Assembly (NCBI GenBank): GCA_965238075.1
Contig: OZ250173.1
Span: 2,368,001-2,432,000 of the forward strand
Reading direction: 5' to 3'
DNA: 64,000 nt
Origin: Candidatus Entotheonellaceae bacterium
GTDB taxonomy: Bacteria > Tectomicrobia > Entotheonellia > Entotheonellales > Entotheonellaceae
Program-made: the position numbers and the translations under genes
The notes under the pieces: generated by a model
Databases searched by the model: none
What the model saw: only the letters and a program-made list of their open reading frames with translations
Told to the model about the DNA's origin: nothing
Part shown: piece after piece, positions 27,676 to 37,437 of the stretch
Position numbering within the stretch: the first letter of the stretch is position 1
How the letters are laid out: each line of letters begins with the position of its first letter

Positions 27676-28761
27676 TCAGCCTTTCTGCTGAACCTGGAGC
27701 GCCGCGAGCAGCGCCGCCTCTTGTTCCCGCAGCGCCGCCGACGGCTCGGCGAACATGTAGCGGAACATATCCTGTGGGGGTGGTTGCGGCACCGCCTCAG
27801 CGTCGTTCATGGCCTGCTCTACTTCCCCGGTGCACGCTTCCAGCAGCTCGTGTTCCCAGTCTTCCGACCAGGCGCCGCAGGCGTGCAGATATTTTTGCAC
27901 CCGTAGCAGGGGATCGCGTGACCGCCAGGACTCGACCTCGGCGTCGTCGCGGTATTTGGTGGGATCGTCCGCCGTGGTGTGGGCGCCGAGGCGGTAGGTA
28001 TACGCCTCGATCAGGCTCGGCCCGTCGCCGCGCCGCGCTCGCTCGACAGCCTCGTGCATGACGGCGTAAACGGCCATGATGTCGTTGCCGTCCACCCGCA
28101 CGCCGGGAAAGCCGTAGGCCAGGGCCTTCTGGGCAATGGTGGGCGAGGCGGTCTGCTCGCGCACCGGCACCGAAATGGCGTACTGGTTGTTCTGGCAAAA
28201 AAAGACGCAGGGGGCTTCGTAAACACCGGCCAGGTTCATCGCCTCGTGCACGTCGCCTTCGGAGGTGGCGCCGTCGCCGAAATACGCCACCGCCACGCTG
28301 CCGTCCTGCCGATGCTTACCCGCGTACGCCAAGCCGACGGCGTGTAAGGGGTGCGACCCGACCGGTATGGAGACGGGCAGCACGTTCACCCCGTCGGGCA
28401 TGTGGCTGCCGAACTCGTTGCCCATCCAATAGAGCGACAGCAGCTTCAGCGGTACGCCGTGCATCCACATGGCGCCGGTTTCGCGGTAGGAGCTGACGAT
28501 CCAGTCGCGCGGTTCCAAGGGGTAGGTGCTGGCTGCCATGCAGGCTTCCTGTCCTTCCATCTGCGCGTAGGTGCCGAAACGCCCTTGCCGCTGCATGGAG
28601 ACGGCTTTGCGGTCGTACAGACGCATGGTCAGCATCTGGCGGTACATCCTGCGTACCTGTTCATCGTCGAGGTCGGGACGGAGGGTTTCGTCGCAGCATC
28701 CGTCCGGGGTCAGGATGCTGACCATTTCGTCTTGCAGCGGGTCGTAGCGGTCCGCGAACAT
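27676..28761 (-). CDS. pdhA: 2-oxoacid (pyruvate) dehydrogenase E1 alpha subunit
   Basis: QRQGR, GQEA, TPP motif GDGATSEG...NNQYAIS, HTTADDP. Confidence 0.92.
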   Translation of the reverse strand: MFADRYDPLQDEMVSILTPDGCCDETLRPDLDDEQVRRMYRQMLTMRLYDRKAVSMQRQGRFGTYAQMEGQEACMAASTYPLEPRDWIVSSYRETGAMWMHGVPLKLLSLYWMGNEFGSHMPDGVNVLPVSIPVGSHPLHAVGLAYAGKHRQDGSVAVAYFGDGATSEGDVHEAMNLAGVYEAPCVFFCQNNQYAISVPVREQTASPTIAQKALAYGFPGVRVDGNDIMAVYAVMHEAVERARRGDGPSLIEAYTYRLGAHTTADDPTKYRDDAEVESWRSRDPLLRVQKYLHACGAWSEDWEHELLEACTGEVEQAMNDAEAVPQPPPQDMFRYMFAEPSAALREQEAALLAALQVQQKG

Positions 28762-28824
28762 GGAGGGTCCTCAAGAGCGGTCAGACGTGTTTAGACACCG
28801 ACGAGTTACCGTGAGTGAGGCGTT

Positions 28825-28853
28825 ATTCTAGGGAAAAGCACCGGCGGCTTCAA
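28825..28853 (-). promoter_or_regulatory. Sigma70-like promoter for the pdh operon
   Basis: TTGAAG-17 nt-TAGAAT on the minus strand. Confidence 0.6.
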
Positions 28854-28902
28854 GTACGTGCGCGGGCTTGCCGGAGCCGCCCCCGCCGCTTTTTTGCCCG
28901 TA

Positions 28903-28932
28903 TTGACTTGCTTCCCTGGCCGTGGCTATGCT
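28903..28932 (+). promoter_or_regulatory. Sigma70-like promoter for the dehydrogenase gene at 29007
   Basis: TTGACT-18 nt-TATGCT. Confidence 0.55.
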
Positions 28933-29006
28933 TCCGCCACCGAGACGCGGCGCCAACAGGGTCCTGCGCAGTGCTGAGTTGTGACAAAAGACGATAAGGA
29001 GAAATC

Positions 29007-30081
29007 ATGGCCGCTCATAAAATTGCGGTGATCCCTGGCGACGGTATCGGCCAAGAGGTCATGCCGGAAGGGCTCAAAGTGCTCCGTGCGATGCAGGAAA
29101 CGACGCCGGGACTGGAGCTTGCCTTACGAGACCTTTCCCTGGGGCTGCGATTATTACCGCGAGCACGGCTGCATGATGCCCCACGACGCCCTCAAGACCC
29201 TCGAAGCCTTTGACGCGATTTACTTTGGCGCCGTCGGCGACCCTGACCGCATCCCGGATCATATTTCGCTGAGTACGCTCATCCTGCCCATCCGCAAGAA
29301 CTTTCAGCAGTTCGCCTGCGTTCGCCCCATCAAGCTGCTGCCGGGTGTGTCCGGTCCGCTGGCCGGCAAGACGCCCGCCGACATTGACTTCGTCATGGTG
29401 CGCGAGAACACCGAGGGCGAGTACGCCGATGCCGGTGGCCGCCTGCACGCCGGTACGCCGCAGGAGGTCGCCATTCAAACGTCGGTGTTCACCCGCACCG
29501 GGTGCGAGCGGGTCATGCGGTTTGCCTTTGAGCTGGCGCGCAAGCGTAACAAGGCGCGGCACGTGACGTCGGTTACCAAATCCAATGCGCAGCGGCACAG
29601 CATGGTGTTCTGGGACGACATCTTCAAGGAGGTGGCGGCTGATTATCCCGACATCGACACCAGCAGCAACCTGGTTGACGCAGCCGCCATGAATTTCATA
29701 CGGCGCCCGGAAGCCTTTGACGTGGTGGTCGCCTCCAACCTCTTTGGCGATATTCTCACCGACCTCGGGGCGGTGATCATGGGCGGCATGGGTTACGCGC
29801 CGAGCGCCAATCTGAATCCCGACGGCAGCTACCCGTCGATGTTCGAATCGGTGCACGGCTCGGCGCCGGACATCGTCGGGAAGGGTATCGCCAATCCCCT
29901 GGCGACGATCTGGGCGGGGCAGTTGATGCTGGATTTTCTGGGGGAACGCGACGCCGCGGCGCGGCTCCTGGGCGCCCTTGAGACACACGTGCAGGCGGGG
30001 AAGGTGCGGACGCCGGATCTGGGCGGCACGAGTTGCACCGGCGCCGTCGGCGACAACCTCTGCGATATCTTGCTTCGTTAG
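29007..30081 (+). pseudogene. Tartrate dehydrogenase / D-malate-isopropylmalate dehydrogenase family gene, frameshifted (true pseudogene or sequencing error)
   Basis: N-terminus KIAVIPGDGIGQEV in ORF 29007; remainder (YETFPWGC, VRENTEGEY, NLFGDILTD, FESVHGSAPDI) in the +1 frame; deleting one T at 29124/29125 gives a 357-aa protein. Confidence 0.85.
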
Positions 30082-30117
30082 ATGCGGTGAAGCGTCCCAA
30101 GGCAGGACTTGCGGGAT

Positions 30118-30160
30118 GTGCGAGGGGGGCGCGGCGTAAAGAACCGTGCGCCCCTCGCAC
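30118..30160. terminator. Long GC-rich hairpin between convergent genes
   Basis: GTGCGAGGGG...CCCCTCGCAC outer stem; no clear U-tract. Confidence 0.5.
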
Positions 30161-30193
30161 CGCTTGAGGGTGAGTGCTGTTTAAGAGGCGCGT

Positions 30194-31882
30194 CTACCGC
30201 GTGAAGGCCACGATATGGCCGCCGTGTTCCAGGTGGCTTGCCGAGTAGCCCGCGGTGGCGCCGCCGCCGGTCAATTGCGCGATGTATTGCTTGCCGTTCA
30301 GGACGTAGGTGATCGGGCCGGACTTCGGCCTGGCACCGAGCTGAAAGGTGTACAGAATATCCCCCGTGCTGGCGTTCACGGCCTGGAACTGGCCGGTCTC
30401 GCTACCGTAGAACACCAGATTCCCGGCTGTCGTCAGCATGCCGCCGGCGTAACCGCTCTTGCCCTTCTGATCCCGCCAGACTTCCGTCCCGTTCTGCACG
30501 TCCATGGCCAGGTTGAGTTCGTAGCTGAACATGAACTCGAAAGAGGCGCCGAAATGGCGCACGTTGCTGATGACCTTGATCTCCTCGAACGTGTACGCCA
30601 TACCCATTTCGATGGCGGGCAAGTAGACGTAGCCGGTGAGCGGATTGTAGGCCGCGGGATACAGATTCACCCCGCCTGCCAGGCTGGGCCACATCTCGAT
30701 GGCGGTGCCTTCCTCAGGTACGGCGACCGGATCGATGGGCCGCCCTTCCACGTCATAGCCCTTGGCCCAGGTGATGTTGTCGGAGAACGCCACCGCCTGC
30801 TGAAACTGGCCGGTTTCCGCGTCGATGTAGTGGATGTAACCGGTCTTGTTGGGATGCACGATCGTCTTGCGGCCGTTGAGGGTGATGATAAGGGGCGTCT
30901 GCGGCACGTCGAAGTCCCACGGGTCGCCGGGAACCGCTACGTAGCGCCAGGGCACCCGCCCGGTATCGGTGTCGACCGCCACGATGCTGGCGGCGCCGAC
31001 GTTGTCCATTTTGCCGTCGCCGCGGGTTTTCGGGTTCCACGGGTAGGCGTTGGCCGTGCCGGTGTAATACATCTTCAGGTCAGCGTCCCAGGAACCGGTG
31101 ATCCAGGGGCCGGCGCCGCCGTAGTCGCGGCTGTCGCCCGGCCAACTTTCGTAACCCGGTTCACCGGGGCCGGGAATCATGTTGGCTTCATAGAGAATCG
31201 AGCCGTCCTCCTGGCTGACGCCGTAGACAAAGCCGGGCAGGCCGCCGGTATCCGTGGCGTTCATCGGCACGATGATCTGTCCGGGAATCGCCAGGGGCCC
31301 GACGGTGGCGAAATAGCCGTTGGCATCCTCGGATTTTTCAAACGCCTTGGGGTAATCGAGATACTGCTGCACGAATTTCTGCTCGCCGGTCTTGTAATGC
31401 ATGGCGTGCAGCTTCATGTCGTTCGACAGGAAGTAAATGTGCTCCCCGGCGATGGCCACACCGCGGTGCTTGCCGGTGAAGAAAGGAACGTTGTAGCCGC
31501 CGAAATCCTCCGGCAGCTCGTGCTCGTACTTCCACACCTGACGGCCCGTGGCCGCGTCGACCGCGTGAACCGTGTTGTCCTGGGCGATGTACATCAGCCC
31601 GTCGTAGTAGATAGGGGTGCACTGCGCGTCCGTGTCGCCGCCGGTGGAGTAAATCCACGCCACCCTGAGATCGCCGGCGTTGGAGGCGTTCACTTGACTC
31701 AGTGTGCTATAGCGATGCCCTGCCCAGTTGCCGTTGACGTGAAGCCAGGAGACCCCCGCCTCGGCGGCCAACATGTCATCCGTGACGCCTTGCCCCTCGG
31801 CCTGCTGCCATCCTCCAAAACCCGTGAGACATACCAACAAGGCGAGGCTTCCTAATGCCAGTCTGGTGACGATGCGGTGCAT
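30194..31882 (-). CDS. PQQ-dependent dehydrogenase (alcohol dehydrogenase-like beta-propeller), secreted
   Basis: Signal peptide; RYSTLSQVN, AVDAATGRQVW docking repeats, WITGSWD, WDFD, TAGNLVF, PITY..GKQYI; AAGGAGG RBS. Confidence 0.9.
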   Translation of the reverse strand: MHRIVTRLALGSLALLVCLTGFGGWQQAEGQGVTDDMLAAEAGVSWLHVNGNWAGHRYSTLSQVNASNAGDLRVAWIYSTGGDTDAQCTPIYYDGLMYIAQDNTVHAVDAATGRQVWKYEHELPEDFGGYNVPFFTGKHRGVAIAGEHIYFLSNDMKLHAMHYKTGEQKFVQQYLDYPKAFEKSEDANGYFATVGPLAIPGQIIVPMNATDTGGLPGFVYGVSQEDGSILYEANMIPGPGEPGYESWPGDSRDYGGAGPWITGSWDADLKMYYTGTANAYPWNPKTRGDGKMDNVGAASIVAVDTDTGRVPWRYVAVPGDPWDFDVPQTPLIITLNGRKTIVHPNKTGYIHYIDAETGQFQQAVAFSDNITWAKGYDVEGRPIDPVAVPEEGTAIEMWPSLAGGVNLYPAAYNPLTGYVYLPAIEMGMAYTFEEIKVISNVRHFGASFEFMFSYELNLAMDVQNGTEVWRDQKGKSGYAGGMLTTAGNLVFYGSETGQFQAVNASTGDILYTFQLGARPKSGPITYVLNGKQYIAQLTGGGATAGYSASHLEHGGHIVAFTR

Positions 31883-32029
31883 GACGTCCCTCCTTCGCAA
31901 AGGTGTTGGATTTGCACAGATACCACGGTTCCCTTGACTGACTTTCCCGGTGATCATCCGACATCTCCGAGTCGCCGTCACCACGTCCTGTAAAGCCCAG
32001 ATCGTATCGTCGGGCAATTGCGGGGCCTC

Positions 32030-32059
32030 ATACTACAACGCGCCTTTTCGGGGCGGCAA
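32030..32059 (-). promoter_or_regulatory. Candidate sigma70 promoter for the PQQ dehydrogenase
   Basis: TTGCCG-18 nt-TAGTAT on the minus strand, about 140 nt upstream of the start. Confidence 0.4.
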
Positions 32060-32211
32060 GTCTTTTTTTGTCCTCGCCGTCGAGGGCGGATTTCGCGAGC
32101 TCGTTTCGAGTGCCTGAGGCCGGCGTGCGGCGGTCTCTGGACCGCCCCGGTGCGGGGTAGTATAGTCGCGCCCGGTTTGACGCCGTCTTACAATACCCCC
32201 AACCCCCAAAC

Positions 32212-32291
32212 CGCCATTCCGGGCTTGACCCGGAATCCAGCGACCTCGGCCCCTGGGATGCCTTCTGGACCCCGGCTTTCGCCGGGGTGAC
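32212..32291. repeat. CGTC-type REP-like palindromic dimer, copy 3
   Basis: CGCCATTCCGGGCTTGACCCGGAATCCAG-spacer-CTGGACCCCGGCTTTCGCCGGGGTGAC. Confidence 0.88.
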
Positions 32292-32415
32292 AGCCTGAAC
32301 TCTAGGAGCCATTTTCATACCCTTACGTGGCCTGCAAGGCCATGGCGACTCCTACCCATTGATACGATACGGCTGAAATCCGCGGCTTTGGGCCGCCGCA
32401 CGGTGAGGGATCCGC

Positions 32416-33672
32416 GTGGCTCGTGTGTTGCTGTTGCTGCCGACCCGCACCTACCGGGCGCGCGACTTCATGGAGGCGGCCTACCGCCTGGGGGTGGAGG
32501 TGGTGGTGGGCTCTGAGCGCCAGCAGGCCTTTGCACCGCTGTTTCCTGGCGGCCACCTGCGGCTGGATTTTCTCAGGCCGCGGCAGGCGGTGCGGGCGAT
32601 TGCGGCGTTCTCCCGCTCGTACCCGCTGGACGCCGTTGTGGCGGTTGACGATGAGGGCACCTTGCTGGCCGCGACTGCCGCCAAGGCGCTGGGGCTGCCG
32701 CACAATCCGGTGGCGGCAGTGGCAGCGACGCGCGACAAGTACCGCCTACGTCGGAAGATGGCGGCGACGGGTCTTCTGTCGCCGCGATTCGAGCGCCTGT
32801 CGGTTGCGGATGACCCGGTTCGAGCGGCGCAGCGTATGCCCTTTCCCTGTGTGCTGAAGCCGCTCAACCTGGCGGCAAGTCGCGGGGTCATGCGGGCTGA
32901 TGATGCGGAACAGTTCGTCGTTTCTTTTGAACGGCTTGTGGCGATCTTGCGCACGCCGGACGTTGTACAGCGCAGCGGCCGATTGGCGCGTCACCTGTTG
33001 GTGGAGGCGTTCATTCCGGGTGCGGAGGTGGTGCTGGAAGGGCTCCTGGTCGGCGGCGAATTGACCGTCCTAGCCGTGTTTGACAAGCCCGATCCACTGG
33101 ACGGCCCGTTCTTTGAGGAGACATTGTACGTGACGCCGTCGCGGCTGCCAGCCGACGTGCAGGCAGACCTCGCTGCACAGACGGCCAAGGCGGTGGCGGC
33201 CATCGGGCTGCGGGAAGGTCCCGTGCACGCCGAGTGGCGCGTGAACGGGCACGGCGCGTGGCTCATCGAAATTGCGGCGCGGTCGATCGGCGGGTTGTGC
33301 TCTCGCGCCCTGCGATTCGGGGCGGGTGTGTCGCTGGAAGATTTAATTCTCATGCACGCCAGTGGCGCCGCCGTGGAGACCTGCGAACGCGAACGCGCCG
33401 CCGCTGGTGTGATGATGCTGCCTATTCCGCGGCTCGGCGTGTTGCACGCCGTCGACGGGCAGGAAGCGGCGCGGTGCATCCCCGGGATTGTAGCGCTGAC
33501 GATGACCATCGCTATCGGGCAGGAAGTCGTTCCGCTCCCCGAAGGCGTGCAGTATCTGGGCTTTCTGTTCGCCCGCGGCGACACGCCGGAAGCGGTTGAA
33601 GCCTCACTCCGTAGAGGTTACCAATGCCTGTCGTTCACCATTAGGCCGAGCACGCCCTGCCATCATACGTAA
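32416..33672 (+). CDS. ATP-grasp domain ligase of unknown substrate
   Basis: RDKYRLR, FPCVLKP...ASRGV, LVEAFIPG, GPVHAEWR, IEIAARSIGG. Confidence 0.85.
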   Translation: MARVLLLLPTRTYRARDFMEAAYRLGVEVVVGSERQQAFAPLFPGGHLRLDFLRPRQAVRAIAAFSRSYPLDAVVAVDDEGTLLAATAAKALGLPHNPVAAVAATRDKYRLRRKMAATGLLSPRFERLSVADDPVRAAQRMPFPCVLKPLNLAASRGVMRADDAEQFVVSFERLVAILRTPDVVQRSGRLARHLLVEAFIPGAEVVLEGLLVGGELTVLAVFDKPDPLDGPFFEETLYVTPSRLPADVQADLAAQTAKAVAAIGLREGPVHAEWRVNGHGAWLIEIAARSIGGLCSRALRFGAGVSLEDLILMHASGAAVETCERERAAAGVMMLPIPRLGVLHAVDGQEAARCIPGIVALTMTIAIGQEVVPLPEGVQYLGFLFARGDTPEAVEASLRRGYQCLSFTIRPSTPCHHT

Positions 33673-33687
33673 ATGCAAGGAGGGACT

Positions 33688-34974
33688 TCAGAAGATTGGG
33701 TTGTGTACCACAGCGTGTTCTCGGCCGTGACCGGTGGAGATGATGGACACCTCGCTCTCCATGATCGTTGTCAGCCGGTCGATATAACGCTTGGCGGCGT
33801 CCGGAAAATCTTTGTACGACGTCAACCCCGCGGTCGGTGCCTGCCAGCCGGGCAACTCCTCGTATATCGGTTCGGCTTCTTGCAAGACGGTCAGATCGCA
33901 AGGCATGTCCTTTAGCACCTCACCCCGGTAGCGGTAAGCGGTGCACAGCGACAGGGAGGGCAGCGTGTCGAGGACGTCCAGTTTGGTGAGCGCCAGGCTG
34001 GTGACGCCGTTATGCCACAGGCTGGACCGCGCGCTCACCGCATCGAACCAGCCGCAGCGCCGCACCCGACCGGTGGTGGCGCCGAATTCCTGTCCGCGCT
34101 CCTGCAGAATTTTCCCGTGGTTGTTTTGCAACTCGGTGGGGAAGGGACCCATGCCGACCCGCGTGGCGTATGCCTTCACGACTCCGATCACGTGCGTCAG
34201 GCGTGTCGGAGCAATTCCCGCGCCGCTGCACAGCCCGCTGCTGTTGGTGTTCGACGAGGTGACGTACGGGTAGGTGCCGTGATCGAGATCGAGGAGCGAC
34301 CCCTGGGCGCCTTCCAGCAGCAGATGCTCACCTTTGCGGATGGCCTCGCGCACCATGACGTCGGTGTCCTGCACAAAATCGCGCAGCGTGTCGGCATAAC
34401 CGGCGTATGCCTCACAGACCGTCTCTGGGTCGACGGGTGTCTGGTGAAAGAAATCACGCAGCAGGAAATTGCTCTCCGGCAGATTGGTCTCCAGGCGCTC
34501 GCGGAACTGCGACGGCGACAACACGTCCTGCATTCTCACGCCGCTGCGCGCCGCTTTGTCGGTGTACGTGGGGCCGATCCCCCGGCCGGTGGTGCCGATT
34601 TTGTGGCCGCCGCGCCGCGCCTCGCGCCCAGCTTCCAGCAGGCGGTGGTAGGGCAGCGTGACGTGCGCCTTGGGGCTGATGAACAAGCGCCCACGCAGGT
34701 CGATGCCGCGCACCTTCAGTTGTTGCATCTCTTCCACCAGCGATTCGGGATCAATGACCACACCGGCGCCGATGATGCAGCGAATGCCGGGATGCAACAC
34801 CCCGGAGGGGATTTGGTGGAAGATGTACTTCTCGTCGCCGACCACGATCGTGTGCCCGGCGTTGGCGCCGCCCTGACAGCGGATGACCCACTGAACCTGC
34901 GGGGTTAGCAAATCGACGATCTTTCCTTTCCCTTCATCGCCCCACTGGACGCCCACAATCGCCACAACTGCCAT
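33688..34974 (-). CDS. purA: Adenylosuccinate synthetase
   Basis: QWGDEGKGK, GGANAGHT, IGTTGRGIGP, EGAQG, GTYPYVTSS, GATTGRVRRCGW, TKLDVL. Confidence 0.98.
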   Translation of the reverse strand: MAVVAIVGVQWGDEGKGKIVDLLTPQVQWVIRCQGGANAGHTIVVGDEKYIFHQIPSGVLHPGIRCIIGAGVVIDPESLVEEMQQLKVRGIDLRGRLFISPKAHVTLPYHRLLEAGREARRGGHKIGTTGRGIGPTYTDKAARSGVRMQDVLSPSQFRERLETNLPESNFLLRDFFHQTPVDPETVCEAYAGYADTLRDFVQDTDVMVREAIRKGEHLLLEGAQGSLLDLDHGTYPYVTSSNTNSSGLCSGAGIAPTRLTHVIGVVKAYATRVGMGPFPTELQNNHGKILQERGQEFGATTGRVRRCGWFDAVSARSSLWHNGVTSLALTKLDVLDTLPSLSLCTAYRYRGEVLKDMPCDLTVLQEAEPIYEELPGWQAPTAGLTSYKDFPDAAKRYIDRLTTIMESEVSIISTGHGREHAVVHNPIF

Positions 34975-35003
34975 GTATTGTTCTCCGTTTCTCGCTGTAA
35001 AGG

Positions 35004-35963
35004 TCAGCCGTTGCCCAGCCCCGGCACGCCGCCGACGCTGCGAGCCGCCTTCACTGCGGCGCTCAGGGATTCGGCCACCAAGTCGGCCGCCACGATCCCT
35101 AGTTGAATGGAATCGGCGGCCTGCGTGCCTGTCGATACGGCAAACATAGTGTCGCCGTCGTACAGCGTATGGGTGGGCGACAATCCCTTGACGAAGCCGT
35201 GCTGCGCAAGTTGGGCCAATTTGCGGGCCTGCGGTTTGTTTAACTTGGCGTTGGTCGCCACGACGCCGAGCGTCGTGTTGGTGCCGGCGTCCAGACGGGG
35301 CGTCGCGCCCCGCCGTAACTGCTCGGCGGTGTCCGCCAATGCCATGCTGTCGGGTGTCTCGCGGGTGCCCGCCAGCAGCGCGCCGGTGGCCGATTCCCGG
35401 ACGTCGCCGAGCGCGTTGCAGACGACCAGGGCGCCGACCCACACGTCGTTGTCCAGTTGCGTACTTGCCGTGCCCACGCCACCCTGCATGGCCTGGGGCA
35501 TGCCGTACAACTTGCCGACCGTGGCGCCCATGCCGGCGCCGGCGTTGCCCTGTTCAACCGGGCCGGCAGCGGCGGCTTGGCAGGCGGCATATCCCATGGC
35601 AGCGTTGGGGCGTATGCCAGCCGCCCCGATGCCCAAGTCGTAGATGATCGCGGCCGGCACGATCGGCACGCAGGCGGCGGGTGTCGGGAATCCGATGCCC
35701 TGTTCTTCCAGCCACCGCATGACGCCGCCCGCCGCGTCCAGCCCGAACGCGCTGCCGCCTGCCAGGGTGATGGCGTGAATCGTCGGGGTCAGGTGCATGG
35801 CGTCCAGCACCACCAACTCCCGCGTGCCGCTCGCCGAGCCGCGCACGTCGACCCCGCCCACGGCGCCGTCCGGGAAGGCCACGACGGTGCAGCCGGTCAG
35901 CGCCTCGGTATCCTGCGCCTGTCCGACCAGCACGCCCGGCACGTCGGTTATCGCCTGCCACAT
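35004..35963 (-). CDS. Peptidase S58 / DmpA-like (P1 family) self-processing hydrolase
   Basis: ITDVPGVLVG, GGSAFGL, GNAGAGMGA, NTTLGVVATN processing site, DGDTMFA. Confidence 0.88.
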   Translation of the reverse strand: MWQAITDVPGVLVGQAQDTEALTGCTVVAFPDGAVGGVDVRGSASGTRELVVLDAMHLTPTIHAITLAGGSAFGLDAAGGVMRWLEEQGIGFPTPAACVPIVPAAIIYDLGIGAAGIRPNAAMGYAACQAAAAGPVEQGNAGAGMGATVGKLYGMPQAMQGGVGTASTQLDNDVWVGALVVCNALGDVRESATGALLAGTRETPDSMALADTAEQLRRGATPRLDAGTNTTLGVVATNAKLNKPQARKLAQLAQHGFVKGLSPTHTLYDGDTMFAVSTGTQAADSIQLGIVAADLVAESLSAAVKAARSVGGVPGLGNG

Positions 35964-35978
35964 AACGTCCCGCAATCC

Positions 35979-37316
35979 TCATCCGACATTGCTCACCACC
36001 TCGCCGATGGCCAAGCCGTCGCTCAGCCTGTGCAAGCGCACCATCGCCATCCGGTTTGACAGGTCCTCTGACGCTTCGACGCCCACCTTGAGGTAATTGT
36101 CACTGAAGCCGGTATGCAGGCCCGATTTCTCAAGACGCTCGAACAACACCCGCACCGTGCTGCCCATGGAGCCGCGATAAAATGCCGCCTTCTTGCGCGT
36201 GCTGAGTTCCCGCAGAGTGCGGCTGCGCGCCTGAATGTCGGCGGGCGGCAGGTGATCCGTATACCGTTGGGCGTAGGTGTGCGGCCGCTCGGAGTATGAA
36301 AAGACGTGGCAATAGGCCAGCGGCAGGTCGGCCAGCAGCAGGCGGGTGTTGGCGAATGCCGCCTCATCCTCGCCGGGGAAGCCCACCATCGCGTCCGTGC
36401 CCAGGCAGACGTCCGGCACGCGCGCCGCGACCCGCTGGATGAACGACGTGAAGTCGGCCCGTGTGTAACGCCGCTTCATGCGTTGCAGCACGTCGTCGTC
36501 GCCGCTCTGCAGGGGTACGTGCAGGTAGGGGCACAGCTTGGACGAGGTTGCCATCCAATCGACCAGCCCCTCGGGGATGGTGGTCGGCTCGATGGAACTG
36601 ATGCGGATACGGTCGAGGCCGTCGATGTCTTCGAGTGCCCGGATAACCTGGAGCAGGTCGTAGCCGTCGCTTGTGTACGTGCCGATGTTGACGCCGGTGA
36701 GCACGATCTCCCGGTGCCCTCTCGCGACCAGGCCGCGGGCCTCCTGGAGGATGTCCGGGAACTTGCGGCTGCGGGCGCCGCCGCGGCTGAAGGGGATGAT
36801 GCAAAAGGCGCAGGCGAAGTTGCAACCGTCCTGGATTTTCAGGTTGGCCCGCGTGTGATCGCTGTAATTGCCAATCACGTCCAGGCTGAAATCATCGCGG
36901 GCGATTTTCGTGGTGTGAACGACGCGCGGCGCGACTTCCTTTTGCGGCGTGTCGACGAGGTCTACCACCTGCATTTTGTGGGCTGTACCGACGATCAGGT
37001 CGAGCCCGTCGATGCCCCGCAGCGCCTCCTTGCCCACTTGCGCGTAGCATCCGGTGACGACTACGTAGGCGTTCGGCGAGCGGCGCAGCACGGTGCGCAC
37101 CGCTTGGCGGCACTTGGCCTCGGCGCTTTCGGTGACCGAGCAGGTATTGATGACGCACACATCGGTATCGGCGCCGTAATTGACGATGCGGTAGCCCCGG
37201 TTGGCGAACGTCGCGCTGATCGACGCCGTCTCGGCCTGATTGAGGCGGCAGCCCAAGGTGTGGAACGACGCTCGCATGCCGTTCTCGGGGCTCACCTGCC
37301 CATCCGTTGTACGCAT
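35979..37316 (-). CDS. mtaB: tRNA t6A37 methylthiotransferase MtaB
   Basis: TLGCRLNQAE, NTCSVT, TGCYAQ, KIQDGCNFACAFC, TGVNIG, RISSIEP. Confidence 0.93.
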   Translation of the reverse strand: MRTTDGQVSPENGMRASFHTLGCRLNQAETASISATFANRGYRIVNYGADTDVCVINTCSVTESAEAKCRQAVRTVLRRSPNAYVVVTGCYAQVGKEALRGIDGLDLIVGTAHKMQVVDLVDTPQKEVAPRVVHTTKIARDDFSLDVIGNYSDHTRANLKIQDGCNFACAFCIIPFSRGGARSRKFPDILQEARGLVARGHREIVLTGVNIGTYTSDGYDLLQVIRALEDIDGLDRIRISSIEPTTIPEGLVDWMATSSKLCPYLHVPLQSGDDDVLQRMKRRYTRADFTSFIQRVAARVPDVCLGTDAMVGFPGEDEAAFANTRLLLADLPLAYCHVFSYSERPHTYAQRYTDHLPPADIQARSRTLRELSTRKKAAFYRGSMGSTVRVLFERLEKSGLHTGFSDNYLKVGVEASEDLSNRMAMVRLHRLSDGLAIGEVVSNVG

Positions 37317-37437
37317 TGCTTTCTCCTGAAGCCGTCCGGCCGCCAAGGCGCGTCGGCTTGCTCGCCATCTATGGGTGCGCTACGCTTCTCACGTTACCGA
37401 ACAGGACTCTGGAATTTCAACCAAGCGAGGGATCATT

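Noticed and set aside
29112-29130. Programmed +1 frameshift
   Set aside because: No slippery run, adjacent stop codon or internal Shine-Dalgarno as in prfB
34975-35442. N-terminal extension of purA (584-aa ORF)
   Set aside because: It overlaps the S58 peptidase in another frame; PurA begins at MAVVAIVG with a GGAG RBS
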